Shown here: in pieces, positions 1 through 10,383 of the stretch
Layout: every line of letters starts with the position of its first letter
How positions within the stretch are numbered: position 1 is the first letter of the stretch
Source of the DNA: Candidatus Methylomirabilales bacterium
Lineage (GTDB): Bacteria; Methylomirabilota; Methylomirabilia; Methylomirabilales; CSP1-5
Direction: 5' to 3'
Assembly (NCBI GenBank): GCA_046758505.1
Contig: JBHIAH010000041.1
Location: 1-22,250, forward strand
DNA length: 22,250 bases
Made by a program: the position numbers and the translations under genes
Notes under the pieces: generated by a model
Told to the model about the DNA's origin: nothing
Seen by the model: only the letters and a program-made list of their open reading frames with translations
The model's database searches: none

Positions 1-1
1 C

Positions 2-3000
2 CACCGATTCGAACTTTGCGCTCTGGATCAATTGGAGTTGGGTGGTTTTTAATTCGTCCTCGGCCCGCTTCAGCTCGCGGATCGTCTCCTCGAGGTGCTG
101 CTTCTGCTCGGTGACCTCGCGGTAGAGACGCGCCTTGTTCACGCTGATCGCCGCCTGGTCGGCAAAGGCCATGGCCAGGTCGACGTCTCGCTGGGTGAAT
201 TGCCGGTTCGCCTTGGTGAGGACGTTCAGGACCCCGATGACGCGATCGGCGATGCGGACGGGGATGAGCATGATGCTCTTGACCCCGTGCCGGACTCCGG
301 CCGCCTGATGTTCCTCGGCCCAGGGCGAGGCCGCGGAGGTGTCGGGTAGGAAGAAGGGGCGATTCTCCGCCGCGACCAACCCACTCAGGCTCTCGCCTAT
401 CTTGAGACGGGGGGCCAGCATCACGTCGCCGGCGACGCCGCTCGTGGCGGCGACCACCAGGGAATCTCCATCCACCAGGCGAAACCCCGCGCCGTCCGCC
501 TCCAGCAGGCGCACCGCCTCATCCGTGATGGTCTGCAGGAACTCGCCGGCCTGGGCAGTGCCGATCTTTGTGTTGATTTCCAGGAGGGTGGTGAGCTGGT
601 CCTTCGCCCGAAGGCTCTCCTCGAACAGCCGAGCGTTTTCGAGGGCGATGGCTGCGTGATCCGCGAAGGCCTGGAGCAGGTCTTGCTCCTCCTTGTCGAA
701 GGGTTTGAACGAGCGTCGGAGGACCGTTAGGCTTCCTGAGCACTTCTCACCGAGAAGGAGGGGAACGCCCATGAAGGCGTGGAAGTTCTCAGCCTGGCGC
801 CACTCCACGTTCTTGAATCTGGGGTCTTTCTCGACATCATCAACCAGTACTGGCTTTTTCTCTTGGGCGATGCGGCCCACCAAGCCCTGACCCATCGGAA
901 TTCTCCTGTGCACCCTGGCCTTGGGGTGGCGGCTTAGATCGGCTTGGAGGCCCAGCGTCTCGCCACCCTTCTCGATCAGCCAGAGATTCGCCGCTGCATC
1001 CTCAAAGAGTTGGACCGCTGCGTGGACGATCCCATCGAACACCTGCTGGGGGTCCAGAGCGGAAGCTACTATCTGGCTCAAACGGTTCAAGGCTTGTAGC
1101 TTTGTTGCCTTTTCCTTGGCTTCCTCAAAGAGGTGGGCATGCTCGAGGGCGATGGCCGCCTGATCCGCGAAGGCTTGGAGCAGATCCACCTCGCCCTGAT
1201 GAAACGTGCGCCGCTCTTTTCCGTAAACATTGAGGGCACCAATGATCCTCTCCCGGTAGCGGAGCGGAACCCCCAGGTAGGCCACCACCCCATGCGCCAC
1301 GGCCGCCGCCTTGTGTTCGGGAAGATAGAGATGGTCCTCCTGGAGATTGGGGACAGCGATGGGGCGGGCCTGCTGCGCCACGAGTCCGGTTAGGCTTTCT
1401 CCCATGCGGATCGCGGGGTTGAGCATGACGTGATGGGCGAGGCCGTAGCGGCCCCGGATCACCAGCCGGTCGCCCTCGAGGAGCCTGAACCCCGCCCCCT
1501 CCACATCGAGGAGGTTTGCGGCCTCCTCGGCGATGCCCGTGAGGACCTCATCCACCTGCAGTGTTCCTGTTATCCTGGCGCCCGTCCGAATCAGTCCCTG
1601 AAGACGTTCCGTTTGCTCCAGCGCCTCACTGTACAGGTGGGCGTTTTGGATTGCGATGGCTGCCTGGGCGGCGAAGGAGCCAAGGAGGGCCAGCTCCTCC
1701 ACCTGGAACGGCTCCGGGGCGCGCCGGGCGGCGGTGAGGACGCCGACGGCGCGCTCGCCGAACAGCAGGGGGACAGCCGCGTATGCCTGGATGCCCTTCT
1801 CGCGGGCCCATGCCTGGTCCCCGAAGCGAGCGTCGGTCGCGGGCGCATCCGCGGTCAGGGTCTCCCGGCGTGCAAAGGCGAGGCCGGACATCCCTTGGCC
1901 GGGGCGTGAGGTCTGCCGGCGATAGGCGAGAAGATCGGGATCGCCGGTCGAGGTCGCAATCCGGAGTATCTGGGCGGCTTCCTCCCAGAGCCACAGTCGG
2001 GCCAGGTTCACGTTCAAGAGGCTGACCGTCGCCTCCGCCACGAAGTCCAGGACCTGCCGGGGGTCCAGGGTGGCACTGACGGTGCGGGTCAAGGTGCCCA
2101 GGATCTCGAGGCGTTCGCTCTTGATGGCGAGTTCGCGCGCCCGCGCTTCCAGCTGCGCCTCCGCCCGCTTGCGTTCCCGCAGATCCTTGCTGAATCCCAC
2201 GGTCCCGGCTTCGTGCCCGTCCGCGTCGAAAAGAACGGAGGCCGAGATCAGGACGGGGATGAGGGAGCCGTCCTTCGCTCGAAGGGTCGTTTCAAATCCT
2301 GCCGTACTGCCACCCTGCTGCCGCATGCGGCGCATCACCTCTTTTGCCCGGTCCTCGCTTTCGTACACGAGCGTCACGCGCCGGCCAAGGACCTCCTCCC
2401 GCCGATAGCCCAAGAGGGCCTCGGCCCCGCTGTTGAAGAGGGCCACGTTGCCTGCCTTGTCCGTTGCCATGATGGCGTCGGCGGAACTCTCGATCAGTCG
2501 AGTCAGGTACTGCCTCGTCTCCCGCAGCTCATCCTCTCGCCGCTTGCGCTCGGTGATGTCGGTGATGATGGCCATGATGCCGGTGATCTTGCCTTTCGCG
2601 TCGCGAAGCGGTGCGGTCGAGAGGCTCACGTCGATGAGCGACCCGTCCTTCTTTTGTCGGCGCAACTCCACAGTCCCGAGGGATTCGCCCTGCAGTATCC
2701 GCCTTTGGAGCGTGTTGAACTCTTCCTGTTTCTCCTGAGGTACGAAAGGGGGGAGGCGATCGAGTGCCTCGGGCGCACTCCACCCAAATGTGCGTTCGGC
2801 GGCGGGGTTCCACATCCTGACGCGCCCCTCGAGATCGAGGGCAACGATTGCCGCCGGCGAGGCGTGGACGAGTGCCTCCAGGGTGTCCGTGAGTTCTCGG
2901 ACCGCGTTCGCCGCCTGCTTCCGCTCGGTGATGTCACGGATGACGGCTTGGATCCCTCGCTTATCGTCATAGCTGATAGGGGCGGCGGTTACCTCGACAT

Positions 3001-4231
3001 CCACCTCTCTCCCATCGAGCCGGATCATTTTTTCCTCGATCAGAGGTAGCACCGTTCCTTCGTCTATTCTCTGTTGAATTCGCTCCTTGACTAACTCCCG
3101 ATAATCGGGGTGCACGATGTCCATTACCGGTGTTCCAATGAGTTCTTCAGGGTCACCTGCGCCGAGCAGCATTCGTCCGGCAGTGTTCACATAATCAATC
3201 GTACCCTCGCTGTGGACCAAGATCGCATCGGGGGAAAGCTCCACGACCTTACGGTACCGTTCTTCGCTCTCCCGCAGCGCGCTCTCCACCCGCTTGAGTT
3301 CGGTGATGTCGCGCGATATCCCCATGGCGCCGATGACCGTGCCGTTCGCATCACGGATCACCGATGCAGAGAGGAACGAGTGAAAGATTTCCCCGTTTTT
3401 CCGCCTGTTGGTGACCGTCCCCGTGTACTCCTGATATCGCGATCGGGCGGAGTACACCCGCGTCCCCTCGGAGGGGTTCGCGTACAGGATGTCAATGGGC
3501 TTTCCCACCACCTCCGCTTTGCTGTATCCGAAGGCCTCTTCGGCGGCGCGGTTGAACTCGACGATATTCCGATCCACGTCGGTGGCCACGATCATGTCGA
3601 GGGAGCTTTTGATGAGGTTCTCCGCATACTCCTTGGCGACCCGCGAATCCTGCTCTGCCCGCTTGCGTTCGGCGATTTCGTGTTCCAGGCGCGCGACGGT
3701 GTCCGCCTCCGCGTGGGCGCGTTGCTGCTCTCGACGCACGCGGTCGACAAGGTAGCCGTAGAAGGCGGCCGCCGCGAAGAGAAACGGGATGCGAATGAGC
3801 GATGGCGAGTTCCAGACGGGGAGCGTCGTGGTGGTCTTTGAGAGGATGTAGACGTATGCACCGGAGGCCACGACGGCGCCGACGGCGATCAGGGTGAGGT
3901 TCTCGCCGATCGCGGCAAGGAGGAGCACAAAGAAATACACATAGAAGAAATTGGCTCTGAAGTGACCGCTGTAGAGCAGGGCCGCCGTGATCCAGAGGGT
4001 GTCGGCGAGGATCATGCTTGCCGTGAATGCTGTGGAATCGGTGATCCGCGCGGGGAGGCGCGTGATGACCACGTTTGAGGCAAGCGCCGCGGCGATGAGC
4101 AGGATGAGGCTGGTTGGGAGATTCAAGAATCCGTGCTCGGCGAGCAACAGGTAGGCGACGGCGATGATGAGCGTGTAGCGAAGAAGTACGATTGCCCGGC
4201 TTCTGGGTGTCTTGTCCGGGGCGCGGAACAT
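2..4231 (-). CDS. Membrane-anchored multi-sensor (4xPAS, 4xGAF) histidine kinase, 3'-truncated by the window edge
   Basis: Translated by hand: ATG at 4231 with an upstream GAGGGG RBS; open frame to the window edge. N-terminal hydrophobic helices (RAIVLLRYTLIIAVAYLLL...), four PAS/PAC units ending SRDITE/IRDITE/ITDITE/SKDLRE, four GAF units ending FAxQ/HAAIA/S, then ELKTTQLQLIQSAKFESV, the typical pre-H-box segment of NtrB-like HisKA kinases. The kinase core lies outside the window. Confidence 0.9.
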   Translation of the reverse strand, partial: MFRAPDKTPRSRAIVLLRYTLIIAVAYLLLAEHGFLNLPTSLILLIAAALASNVVITRLPARITDSTAFTASMILADTLWITAALLYSGHFRANFFYVYFFVLLLAAIGENLTLIAVGAVVASGAYVYILSKTTTTLPVWNSPSLIRIPFLFAAAAFYGYLVDRVRREQQRAHAEADTVARLEHEIAERKRAEQDSRVAKEYAENLIKSSLDMIVATDVDRNIVEFNRAAEEAFGYSKAEVVGKPIDILYANPSEGTRVYSARSRYQEYTGTVTNRRKNGEIFHSFLSASVIRDANGTVIGAMGISRDITELKRVESALRESEERYRKVVELSPDAILVHSEGTIDYVNTAGRMLLGAGDPEELIGTPVMDIVHPDYRELVKERIQQRIDEGTVLPLIEEKMIRLDGREVDVEVTAAPISYDDKRGIQAVIRDITERKQAANAVRELTDTLEALVHASPAAIVALDLEGRVRMWNPAAERTFGWSAPEALDRLPPFVPQEKQEEFNTLQRRILQGESLGTVELRRQKKDGSLIDVSLSTAPLRDAKGKITGIMAIITDITERKRREDELRETRQYLTRLIESSADAIMATDKAGNVALFNSGAEALLGYRREEVLGRRVTLVYESEDRAKEVMRRMRQQGGSTAGFETTLRAKDGSLIPVLISASVLFDADGHEAGTVGFSKDLRERKRAEAQLEARARELAIKSERLEILGTLTRTVSATLDPRQVLDFVAEATVSLLNVNLARLWLWEEAAQILRIATSTGDPDLLAYRRQTSRPGQGMSGLAFARRETLTADAPATDARFGDQAWAREKGIQAYAAVPLLFGERAVGVLTAARRAPEPFQVEELALLGSFAAQAAIAIQNAHLYSEALEQTERLQGLIRTGARITGTLQVDEVLTGIAEEAANLLDVEGAGFRLLEGDRLVIRGRYGLAHHVMLNPAIRMGESLTGLVAQQARPIAVPNLQEDHLYLPEHKAAAVAHGVVAYLGVPLRYRERIIGALNVYGKERRTFHQGEVDLLQAFADQAAIALEHAHLFEEAKEKATKLQALNRLSQIVASALDPQQVFDGIVHAAVQLFEDAAANLWLIEKGGETLGLQADLSRHPKARVHRRIPMGQGLVGRIAQEKKPVLVDDVEKDPRFKNVEWRQAENFHAFMGVPLLLGEKCSGSLTVLRRSFKPFDKEEQDLLQAFADHAAIALENARLFEESLRAKDQLTTLLEINTKIGTAQAGEFLQTITDEAVRLLEADGAGFRLVDGDSLVVAATSGVAGDVMLAPRLKIGESLSGLVAAENRPFFLPDTSAASPWAEEHQAAGVRHGVKSIMLIPVRIADRVIGVLNVLTKANRQFTQRDVDLAMAFADQAAISVNKARLYREVTEQKQHLEETIRELKRAEDELKTTQLQLIQSAKFESV

Positions 4232-4426
4232 GGTCAGTCCCCCTCGCGTTTCAGTGACCGGGCGGCGTGCTGTTGGCCCGTCTTCACCCCCGATTGTTCT
4301 CCCAATGTGCGCAGGCCACGCCTGGGCGTACGGTGCGGTGTCCGTCCTCGATACCCCCCTGGCTCGTCCGAAGACCACAGGGAGGAGGCGGTATTCTTGG
4401 CCTTTCCTCGGCTATCACAATTCCTG

Positions 4427-4443
4427 AGCAAAATCAGTGCCAA
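4427..4443 (-). promoter_or_regulatory. Sigma54 (-24/-12) promoter for the sensor kinase gene
   Basis: Minus strand reads TTGGCAC-TGATT-TTGCT, matching the TGGCAC-N5-TTGCW consensus with exact GG-N10-GC spacing, about 195 nt upstream of the ATG at 4231. Confidence 0.7.
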
Positions 4444-4605
4444 ATGGGGGTTACCCCCCTGAAAAAGGGGTCCAGCCATCGCCTGGCCCGGCGGGCGCGC
4501 CGGTCGACGTGGGTTTGGGCGCCGTCTGCCTGACGAGCGCGGTCAAGCGGACTCAGCAGCGGATACTGGTGTCGCCGTGGCTTTGGCAGGCTTCCGGGGA
4601 AGGCC

Positions 4606-4634
4606 TTGGTATTTTGGGGGGGAGGCCGTATCAT
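4606..4634 (+). promoter_or_regulatory. Possible sigma70 promoter for phoBR
   Basis: TTGGTA-17 nt-TATCAT, 27 nt upstream of the phoB ATG. Confidence 0.4.
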
Positions 4635-4661
4635 ACCGGCAGAATGGCCGGGAGGGACTTC

Positions 4662-5342
4662 ATGAAAACCAAGGTCCTGGTGGTCGATGACGAGCAGGAC
4701 ATCGTGGATCTGGTCCGATATCACCTGGAACGGGAGGGATACCAGGTGGTCGGGTGCCGAGACGGCAAGTCCGCCCTGGAGCTCGCCAGTCGGGACAGCC
4801 CGGATCTGGTGATTTTGGATCTCCTGATGCCTGGCGTGGATGGCCTCGAGGTGTGCCGTCGCCTCAGGCGGACCTCCACGATCCCCATCCTCATGCTGAC
4901 GGCGAAGGCGGAGGAGATGGACAAGGTGGTCGGCCTCGAGCTGGGCGCCGATGATTACGTCACCAAACCCTTCAGTCCACGCGAACTCGTTGCCAGGGTC
5001 CGGGCGATTCTGCGGCGGGGCGTGGCCGCCCCGGACGAAGAAGTGCTCGGGTTTGGCGATCTTGCGATGGATTTTGCGCGTCATCAGGTCACGGTCCAAG
5101 GGCAGCACGTGTCCCTCACCGCCAAAGAGATGGAGTTGCTGAAAGCGTTGGTCGGGGCCAAGGGCCGCGTGCTGACCCGTGAGTTCCTGTTGGAGCGGGC
5201 TTGGGATTACGACCGGGCCGCCGAGATCGAGTCGCGGACAGTGGACGTTCACATTCGTCGTCTCCGAGAGAAGCTCGGGCGGGCAGCACGGCGGATCGTC
5301 ACCGTCAAGGGGGTTGGATACCGTTTTGATCCGGAGGGATAG
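4662..5342 (+). CDS. phoB: OmpR-family phosphate response regulator PhoB/PhoP
   Basis: ATG 4662 after GGAGGG RBS (the track's 4437 start is over-extended). Receiver motifs VLVVDDE, LILDLLMP, LTAK, GADDYVTKPFS; winged-helix SRTVDVHIRRLREKL...TVKGVGYRF; adjacent to phoR and pst. Confidence 0.9.
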   Translation: MKTKVLVVDDEQDIVDLVRYHLEREGYQVVGCRDGKSALELASRDSPDLVILDLLMPGVDGLEVCRRLRRTSTIPILMLTAKAEEMDKVVGLELGADDYVTKPFSPRELVARVRAILRRGVAAPDEEVLGFGDLAMDFARHQVTVQGQHVSLTAKEMELLKALVGAKGRVLTREFLLERAWDYDRAAEIESRTVDVHIRRLREKLGRAARRIVTVKGVGYRFDPEG

Positions 5343-7190
5343 GTGCCGAGATTTTTCGGACGGCTTCAGGCCAAGCTGGCCCTGATGACCCTGGTCATGA
5401 TTGTGGTCGTGATGGGGGTGGTTGGGTTCCTTGTCGTGCCTCCTCTCGAGGATCTGGCGAAAAATCAGATCGCCCGGGGTCTCGAGGCCCAGGCCCGCCT
5501 GATGGCCTTGGACGTCCTCCCGGTTCTCGATGTCCCGGAGCGGCTTCAGCCGCTGGCCCAAGAGTTTCGCAGGCGGGGCGAGGCCCGTGTCACGGTGATC
5601 GATCGTACGGGGAAGGTCCTGGCGGAGTCGGATCGCGATCCCGAGACCATGGGGAATCACGCGAACCGGCCCGAGGTCCGTGCGGCCCTCGCCGGTCAAA
5701 CGGGGGTCAGCCTTCGCCACAGTGAGTCGGTCGGTCGGGATCTCTTATATGTGGCAATCCCGCTGCAGGGGGGGGCGGGGATCAGGGGTGTCCTGCGGGT
5801 CGCCCTCCCCTTGTCAGCAATCGACCGCACCATGACCTCCATTCAGCGCACAGTGGCTTTAGCGGTTCTGGGGGCTTTTGCGATTGCCTTTTTCCTCAGC
5901 ATTTGGATGGCCCGTCGCGTGAGCCGTCCGGTAACTACCATGGTCGAAGCGGCGCATCAGATGGCCAAGGGGGATCTCGGGCGCCGGGTGCCGATACCCG
6001 CCGAGGAAGAGCTGGCGACCCTGGCCCGAGCCTTCAACGTCATGGCAGAAACGCTCCAGGAAAAGGTCCGAGACCTGGAGCGGGAACAAGCGGCGACGGC
6101 GAGCATATTGGAAAGCATGATTGCAGGGGTAATGGCGGTCGACAGAAACGGGCTGATCGTCATGATGAACTCCGGTGCCCGCCGCATCTTTCGGCTCGCG
6201 CCGGACATTGGAGAAGGGAAACACTTCTTGGAGGTCGTCCGGCATCCGCATGTCAAAGCGCTTCTGCAGGAATGTCGTGAGTGCGCCGAGGGGGCGGTCT
6301 GCCGACGGGAGATCACATTGCAAGCCCCCCCGGTGGACCTCATGGTGGAGGCTGTCACGCTGCGGGGCGGGACCGAGGCTTCGGGGACGCTTCTGGTGTT
6401 TCATGACGTGACAGAGCTGCACCGCCTGGAACGGATCCGCCAGGAGTTTGTCGGCAATGCCTCGCATGAACTCCGCACCCCCCTCACCGCAATCCGGGGG
6501 TATGTCGAGACCCTGCTCGGAGGGGCACTGGAGGAGCCGGAGCGGCGCCGACAGTTCTTGGAGGTCGTGGCGAGGCACGTGGAGCGCATGAACCGCCTGG
6601 TCGATGATCTGCTGGATCTGTCGAATATCGAGACGGGACGACTGCAGCTCGAGCGACAACCCGTTCGGCTCACGGAGATGGCGGAGCAAATCTTTGCGCT
6701 TCACCAAGAGATGGCATCCAAGAAGGGCATTGCCCTTTGCCTTGACGTCAGTCCAGATTCGCCCGCGGTCTTTGCAGATCGGGATCGGCTGCAGCAGATC
6801 CTCATCAACCTCGTGGATAACGCTGTCAAGTTCACCCCTGCTGGCGGAACCGTCACCGTCGCTGCGCGGCCGGTTCAGGGTTCAGGGTTCATGGTTCAGA
6901 GCCGGATCGGTCCGGTCCATGAACCATCAACTATCAACCATGAACTGGCCAGCGATTTTGTGGAGATCGCCGTGACCGACACCGGGACCGGAATCCCCTC
7001 GATGGATCTGCCCCGGATCACGGAGCGGTTTTATCGGGTGGATTGGGGCCGGTCGCGCGAGCTGGGCGGGACCGGTCTCGGGCTGAGCATCGTCAAGCAC
7101 CTGATTCATGCGCACGGCGGCGAGCTGCACATCGAGAGCGAGCTCGGCCGGGGCACCCGCGTCAGTTTCACCCTCCCCATCGCAGCATAA
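5343..7190 (+). CDS. phoR: Phosphate sensor histidine kinase PhoR (2 TM, Cache-like, HAMP, PAS, HisKA, HATPase_c)
   Basis: [10 protein letters not shown] periplasmic motif typical of Pho[21 protein letters not shown]-box, [10 protein letters not shown]-box, [31 protein letters not shown]. Confidence 0.9.
   Translation: MPRFFGRLQAKLALMTLVMIVVVMGVVGFLVVPPLEDLAKNQIARGLEAQARLMALDVLPVLDVPERLQPLAQEFRRRGEARVTVIDRTGKVLAESDRDPETMGNHANRPEVRAALAGQTGVSLRHSESVGRDLLYVAIPLQGGAGIRGVLRVALPLSAIDRTMTSIQRTVALAVLGAFAIAFFLSIWMARRVSRPVTTMVEAAHQMAKGDLGRRVPIPAEEELATLARAFNVMAETLQEKVRDLEREQAATASILESMIAGVMAVDRNGLIVMMNSGARRIFRLAPDIGEGKHFLEVVRHPHVKALLQECRECAEGAVCRREITLQAPPVDLMVEAVTLRGGTEASGTLLVFHDVTELHRLERIRQEFVGNASHELRTPLTAIRGYVETLLGGALEEPERRRQFLEVVARHVERMNRLVDDLLDLSNIETGRLQLERQPVRLTEMAEQIFALHQEMASKKGIALCLDVSPDSPAVFADRDRLQQILINLVDNAVKFTPAGGTVTVAARPVQGSGFMVQSRIGPVHEPSTINHELASDFVEIAVTDTGTGIPSMDLPRITERFYRVDWGRSRELGGTGLGLSIVKHLIHAHGGELHIESELGRGTRVSFTLPIAA
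6868..6950. repeat. Palindromic heptamer-repeat element inserted in frame in phoR
   Basis: GGCC-(GGTTCAG)2-GGTTCAT-GGTTCAG ... CATGAAC-CATCAAC-TATCAAC-CATGAAC-TGGCC; the arms are imperfect reverse complements. Confidence 0.75.
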
Positions 7191-7366
7191 GCTTCCCTCC
7201 GATTTTTGCCCCGATGTAACACGAGCCTCCTTCCCGTGTAATGTCGCGCCGCCATACTCTTGGTGGGAACGGGAGAAAAGACAGGTGGGGAGGTGGGCAA
7301 AGCGATCCTGGGGTGGAAAGGAATTCAGTGCGGGGATGCACCGATGGCGGGAGGGGAAGAGAAAAA

Positions 7367-7394
7367 TTTACGTGGCTGTAACATAGGCGTAACC
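7367..7394 (+). promoter_or_regulatory. Putative Pho box (11-bp periodic direct repeats) upstream of pstS
   Basis: TTTACG (7367), GTAACA (7378), GTAACC (7389) at exact 11-nt spacing, similar to PhoP TT(A/T)ACA and PhoB TGTCA repeat boxes. Confidence 0.6.
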
Positions 7395-7440
7395 TGGCCG
7401 CAAGCTTCTAGGAAGATCATTCGTGCAAAGGAGAAACCCG

Positions 7441-8520
7441 ATGCGACAAGGCACAAGAGGAAGCATGAGACAGATTCGATGTGCCAGCATCACTGCTCTG
7501 GTTGCGGGTGTGGCGCTCGCCGCTCTCCCGGCTGGGGCAGCGATGCTCATCAACGGCGCCGGGGCGACCTTCCCTTTCCCAATCTATTCTAAGTGGTTTT
7601 GGCAATACCGGCAGGTCGATCCCTCGGTAAAGTTCAATTATCAGTCCATTGGGAGCGGGGGGGGTATTCGCCAAATCATTGCGCGGACCGTCGACTTCGG
7701 GGCCAGCGATGCGCCCCTCAGTGATGCAGAACTCCAGAAGGCTCCGAGCACGCTGCTCCACATTCCGACGGTCATGGGGGCCGTGGTGGTGATCTATAAT
7801 TTGAAGGGGACGGGCAAGGGTCTCAAGCTGACGGCTGCGGTCCTGGCCGACATTTTCCTGGGCAAGATCACCCGCTGGAATGATGCACGCGTGTCCAAGC
7901 TAAATCCGCGAGTGTCCCTTGCTGGCGCAGATGTCATCGTGGTCCATCGATCGGATGGGAGCGGGACCACCAGTATCTTTACCGACTATCTGTCAAGCGT
8001 GAGCCCGGAGTGGAAGGAAAAGGTCGGGCACGGCAAATCGGTGAAGTGGCCGGTGGGTCTCGGCGGCAAAGGCAACGAGGGAGTGGCCGGTCAGGTCAGA
8101 AACACGAGGGGAGCGATCGGCTATGTCGAGCTGGCCTACGCAGAGCAGAACAAGCTCTCTTATGCGGCGATACAGAACACGGCCGGACACTTTGTCGCGC
8201 CGAGCCTCAAGACCACCAGCGCTGCTGCAGCCGGTGCCGCAGCCACGATGCCGGCGGACTTCCGCATCTCGCTGGTAAACCAGCCGGGGAAACATTCCTA
8301 TCCCATTGCCGGCTTTACCTGGATTCTCGTCTATCAACAACAGCAGCACTGCAACCGCGGTCGGAAGATTGTGGAGTTTCTCTGGTGGGCGACGCACGAG
8401 GGGGAGACGTACGCGCCGGAGCTCCTCTACGCGCCGCTGCCCGATAAGGTCGTTCGGATGGTGGAGACAACGCTGAAGACGGTAACCTGTAAGGGGAAGC
8501 GGCTCCTCACTTCCAGATAG
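7441..8520 (+). CDS. pstS: Phosphate ABC transporter substrate-binding protein PstS
   Basis: AAGGAG RBS then ATG 7441 (7465 is an alternative); signal peptide; INGAGATFPFPIY, YQSIGSGGG, DFGASDAP, HRSDGSGTT, GKGNEGVA, YPIAGFTW motifs. Confidence 0.95.
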   Translation: MRQGTRGSMRQIRCASITALVAGVALAALPAGAAMLINGAGATFPFPIYSKWFWQYRQVDPSVKFNYQSIGSGGGIRQIIARTVDFGASDAPLSDAELQKAPSTLLHIPTVMGAVVVIYNLKGTGKGLKLTAAVLADIFLGKITRWNDARVSKLNPRVSLAGADVIVVHRSDGSGTTSIFTDYLSSVSPEWKEKVGHGKSVKWPVGLGGKGNEGVAGQVRNTRGAIGYVELAYAEQNKLSYAAIQNTAGHFVAPSLKTTSAAAAGAAATMPADFRISLVNQPGKHSYPIAGFTWILVYQQQQHCNRGRKIVEFLWWATHEGETYAPELLYAPLPDKVVRMVETTLKTVTCKGKRLLTSR

Positions 8521-8527
8521 GAGAGCA

Positions 8528-9532
8528 ATGGACGAGCCTTCTCGGGGCGCAGCGCATGGCCCCGGAGTCGGGGCCATGCGCGTTTCTGCAGCCTTGCGGC
8601 GACCAGGCAGCCGTTTCGGCGATCGGGCCTTCAAATCCGTCATCGCCGGGGGGGCACTGCTTGTCGTGTCACTGATGCTGGTGATGGCCACCGAGCTCGT
8701 CAGGATCTCCTGGCCGTCCCTGGGACGTTTCGGATTCAGCTTTCTCTGGAGTTCGGACTGGGACCCGGTACGGTTGGAATTCGGCGCGCTTCCGTTCATC
8801 TACGGGACGCTGGTTTCATCATTGTTGGCCCTGGCCCTCGCGGTACCGCCGAGCGTCGGTGTTGCGATATTCCTCGTCGAGTTGTGCCCGGGGTGGCTCC
8901 GGGGACCTGTGGCCTTCCTGGGAGAACTCCTGGCGGCGATCCCGAGCGTGGTGTACGGGCTCTGGGGGATTTTCGTCCTGGCCCCCTGGATGCAACAGAC
9001 CGTGCAGCCCTTTCTCAAATCCACGCTGGGGTTTCTTCCTGTGTTCCAGGGTCCCGCGTACGGCGTGGGCATGCTGACGGCGGGCATCATCCTCGCGATC
9101 ATGGTGACCCCCTTCATCTCCTCGGTGACCCGTGAGGTGCTGGCCCAGGTTCCCAACGCGCAGCGCGAGGCCGCGCTGTCCCTGGGGGCGACGCGGTGGG
9201 AGATGATCCGGGTGGCGGTGTTGCCCTACGGTCGATCGGGAATCGTGGGGGCCTGCATGTTGGGGCTCGGGCGAGCGCTGGGTGAAACGATGGCGGTCAC
9301 CATGGTGATCGGCAACCGTCCCGAGATCGCGCTCTCCCTCTTTGCTCCCGGCTACACCATGGCCTCTGTGATTGCGAACGAATTCACCGAGGCAACCCAC
9401 GATCTCTATCTGAGCACCCTGATCGAGATCGGCCTGCTCCTCTTCGTCATCACGCTACTGGTCAATGTTCTTGCCCGGCTTCTAGTGTGGCGTGGGAGCG
9501 GAGGCATTGTGACGGGGGCGCCGGAGTGGTGA
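8528..9532 (+). CDS. pstC: Phosphate ABC transporter permease PstC
   Basis: FGALPFIYGTLVSS, ELLAAIPSVVYGLWG, REAALSLGATRWE, LGRALGETMAV motifs. Confidence 0.95.
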   Translation: MDEPSRGAAHGPGVGAMRVSAALRRPGSRFGDRAFKSVIAGGALLVVSLMLVMATELVRISWPSLGRFGFSFLWSSDWDPVRLEFGALPFIYGTLVSSLLALALAVPPSVGVAIFLVELCPGWLRGPVAFLGELLAAIPSVVYGLWGIFVLAPWMQQTVQPFLKSTLGFLPVFQGPAYGVGMLTAGIILAIMVTPFISSVTREVLAQVPNAQREAALSLGATRWEMIRVAVLPYGRSGIVGACMLGLGRALGETMAVTMVIGNRPEIALSLFAPGYTMASVIANEFTEATHDLYLSTLIEIGLLLFVITLLVNVLARLLVWRGSGGIVTGAPEW

Positions 9533-9535
9533 TTG

Positions 9536-10381
9536 ATGGCGCGTGAGGGACGCCGGCGACTGATCAATCGGCTGATGGAGGGGCTTGCGGTTTTCTCCGC
9601 GGTGGTGACCCTCCTGCCGCTCGCCGTGATCCTTGCCTTCCTGATCTATCAGGGCATATCATACATCAACTGGGACTTCTTCACCAAGATGCCTCGGCCA
9701 GTCGGCGAGGCGGGTGGGGGGATGGCGAACGGGATCGTGGGCACCCTGATCCTTATTGGCATCGCCTCGCTGCTCGGGATACCGATGGGTGTTGGGGCCG
9801 GTGTCTACATCGCCGAGAACGGGCACACCCGCCTGGCCTGGACAGCTCGGTTCATGGCTGATGTCTTGAACGGCGTGCCTTCGATTGTCGTGGGCATCTT
9901 CGCGTACACGCTGGTGGTCTTGCCGATGCGGACTTTCTCCGCCCTGGCGGGCGGTGCTGCGCTCGGGATTATGATGATTCCGGTGGTCCTGCGAACGACC
10001 GAAGAGATGCTGAAACTGGTCCCGACGTCACTCCGGGAGGCCGCCCTCGCCCTGGGCGTTCCCCAGTGGAAAGTCACCGTCCGGATCGCCCTGCGGACGG
10101 CGCGGGCCGGCATCATCACTGGGATTATGCTGGCAGTAGCCCGTATCGCCGGTGAGACGGCTCCCCTCCTCTTTACCGCCTTTGGGAATCAGTTCTGGTC
10201 CGTTCGATTGGACGAGCCGATCGCGGCGATGCCGCTGCAAATCTTTACGTATGCCATCTCCCCGTACGATAGTTGGCATGCGCAGGCGTGGGCGGGCGCT
10301 CTGGTGCTGGTGTGTCTCATCCTGGTGATCAGCGTCGTGGCTCGGACGGCTGGTCGCGGTCGGTTTGGGGTCGTGAGGTAG
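9536..10381 (+). CDS. pstA: Phosphate ABC transporter permease PstA
   Basis: [52 protein letters not shown]. Start is ATG 9536 or TTG 9533. Confidence 0.95.
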   Translation: MAREGRRRLINRLMEGLAVFSAVVTLLPLAVILAFLIYQGISYINWDFFTKMPRPVGEAGGGMANGIVGTLILIGIASLLGIPMGVGAGVYIAENGHTRLAWTARFMADVLNGVPSIVVGIFAYTLVVLPMRTFSALAGGAALGIMMIPVVLRTTEEMLKLVPTSLREAALALGVPQWKVTVRIALRTARAGIITGIMLAVARIAGETAPLLFTAFGNQFWSVRLDEPIAAMPLQIFTYAISPYDSWHAQAWAGALVLVCLILVISVVARTAGRGRFGVVR

Positions 10382-10383
10382 CC

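Noticed and set aside
95..3841. Many plus-strand ORFs of 60-278 aa
   Set aside because: They are antisense shadows of the long minus-strand PAS/GAF kinase and have no recognisable motifs.
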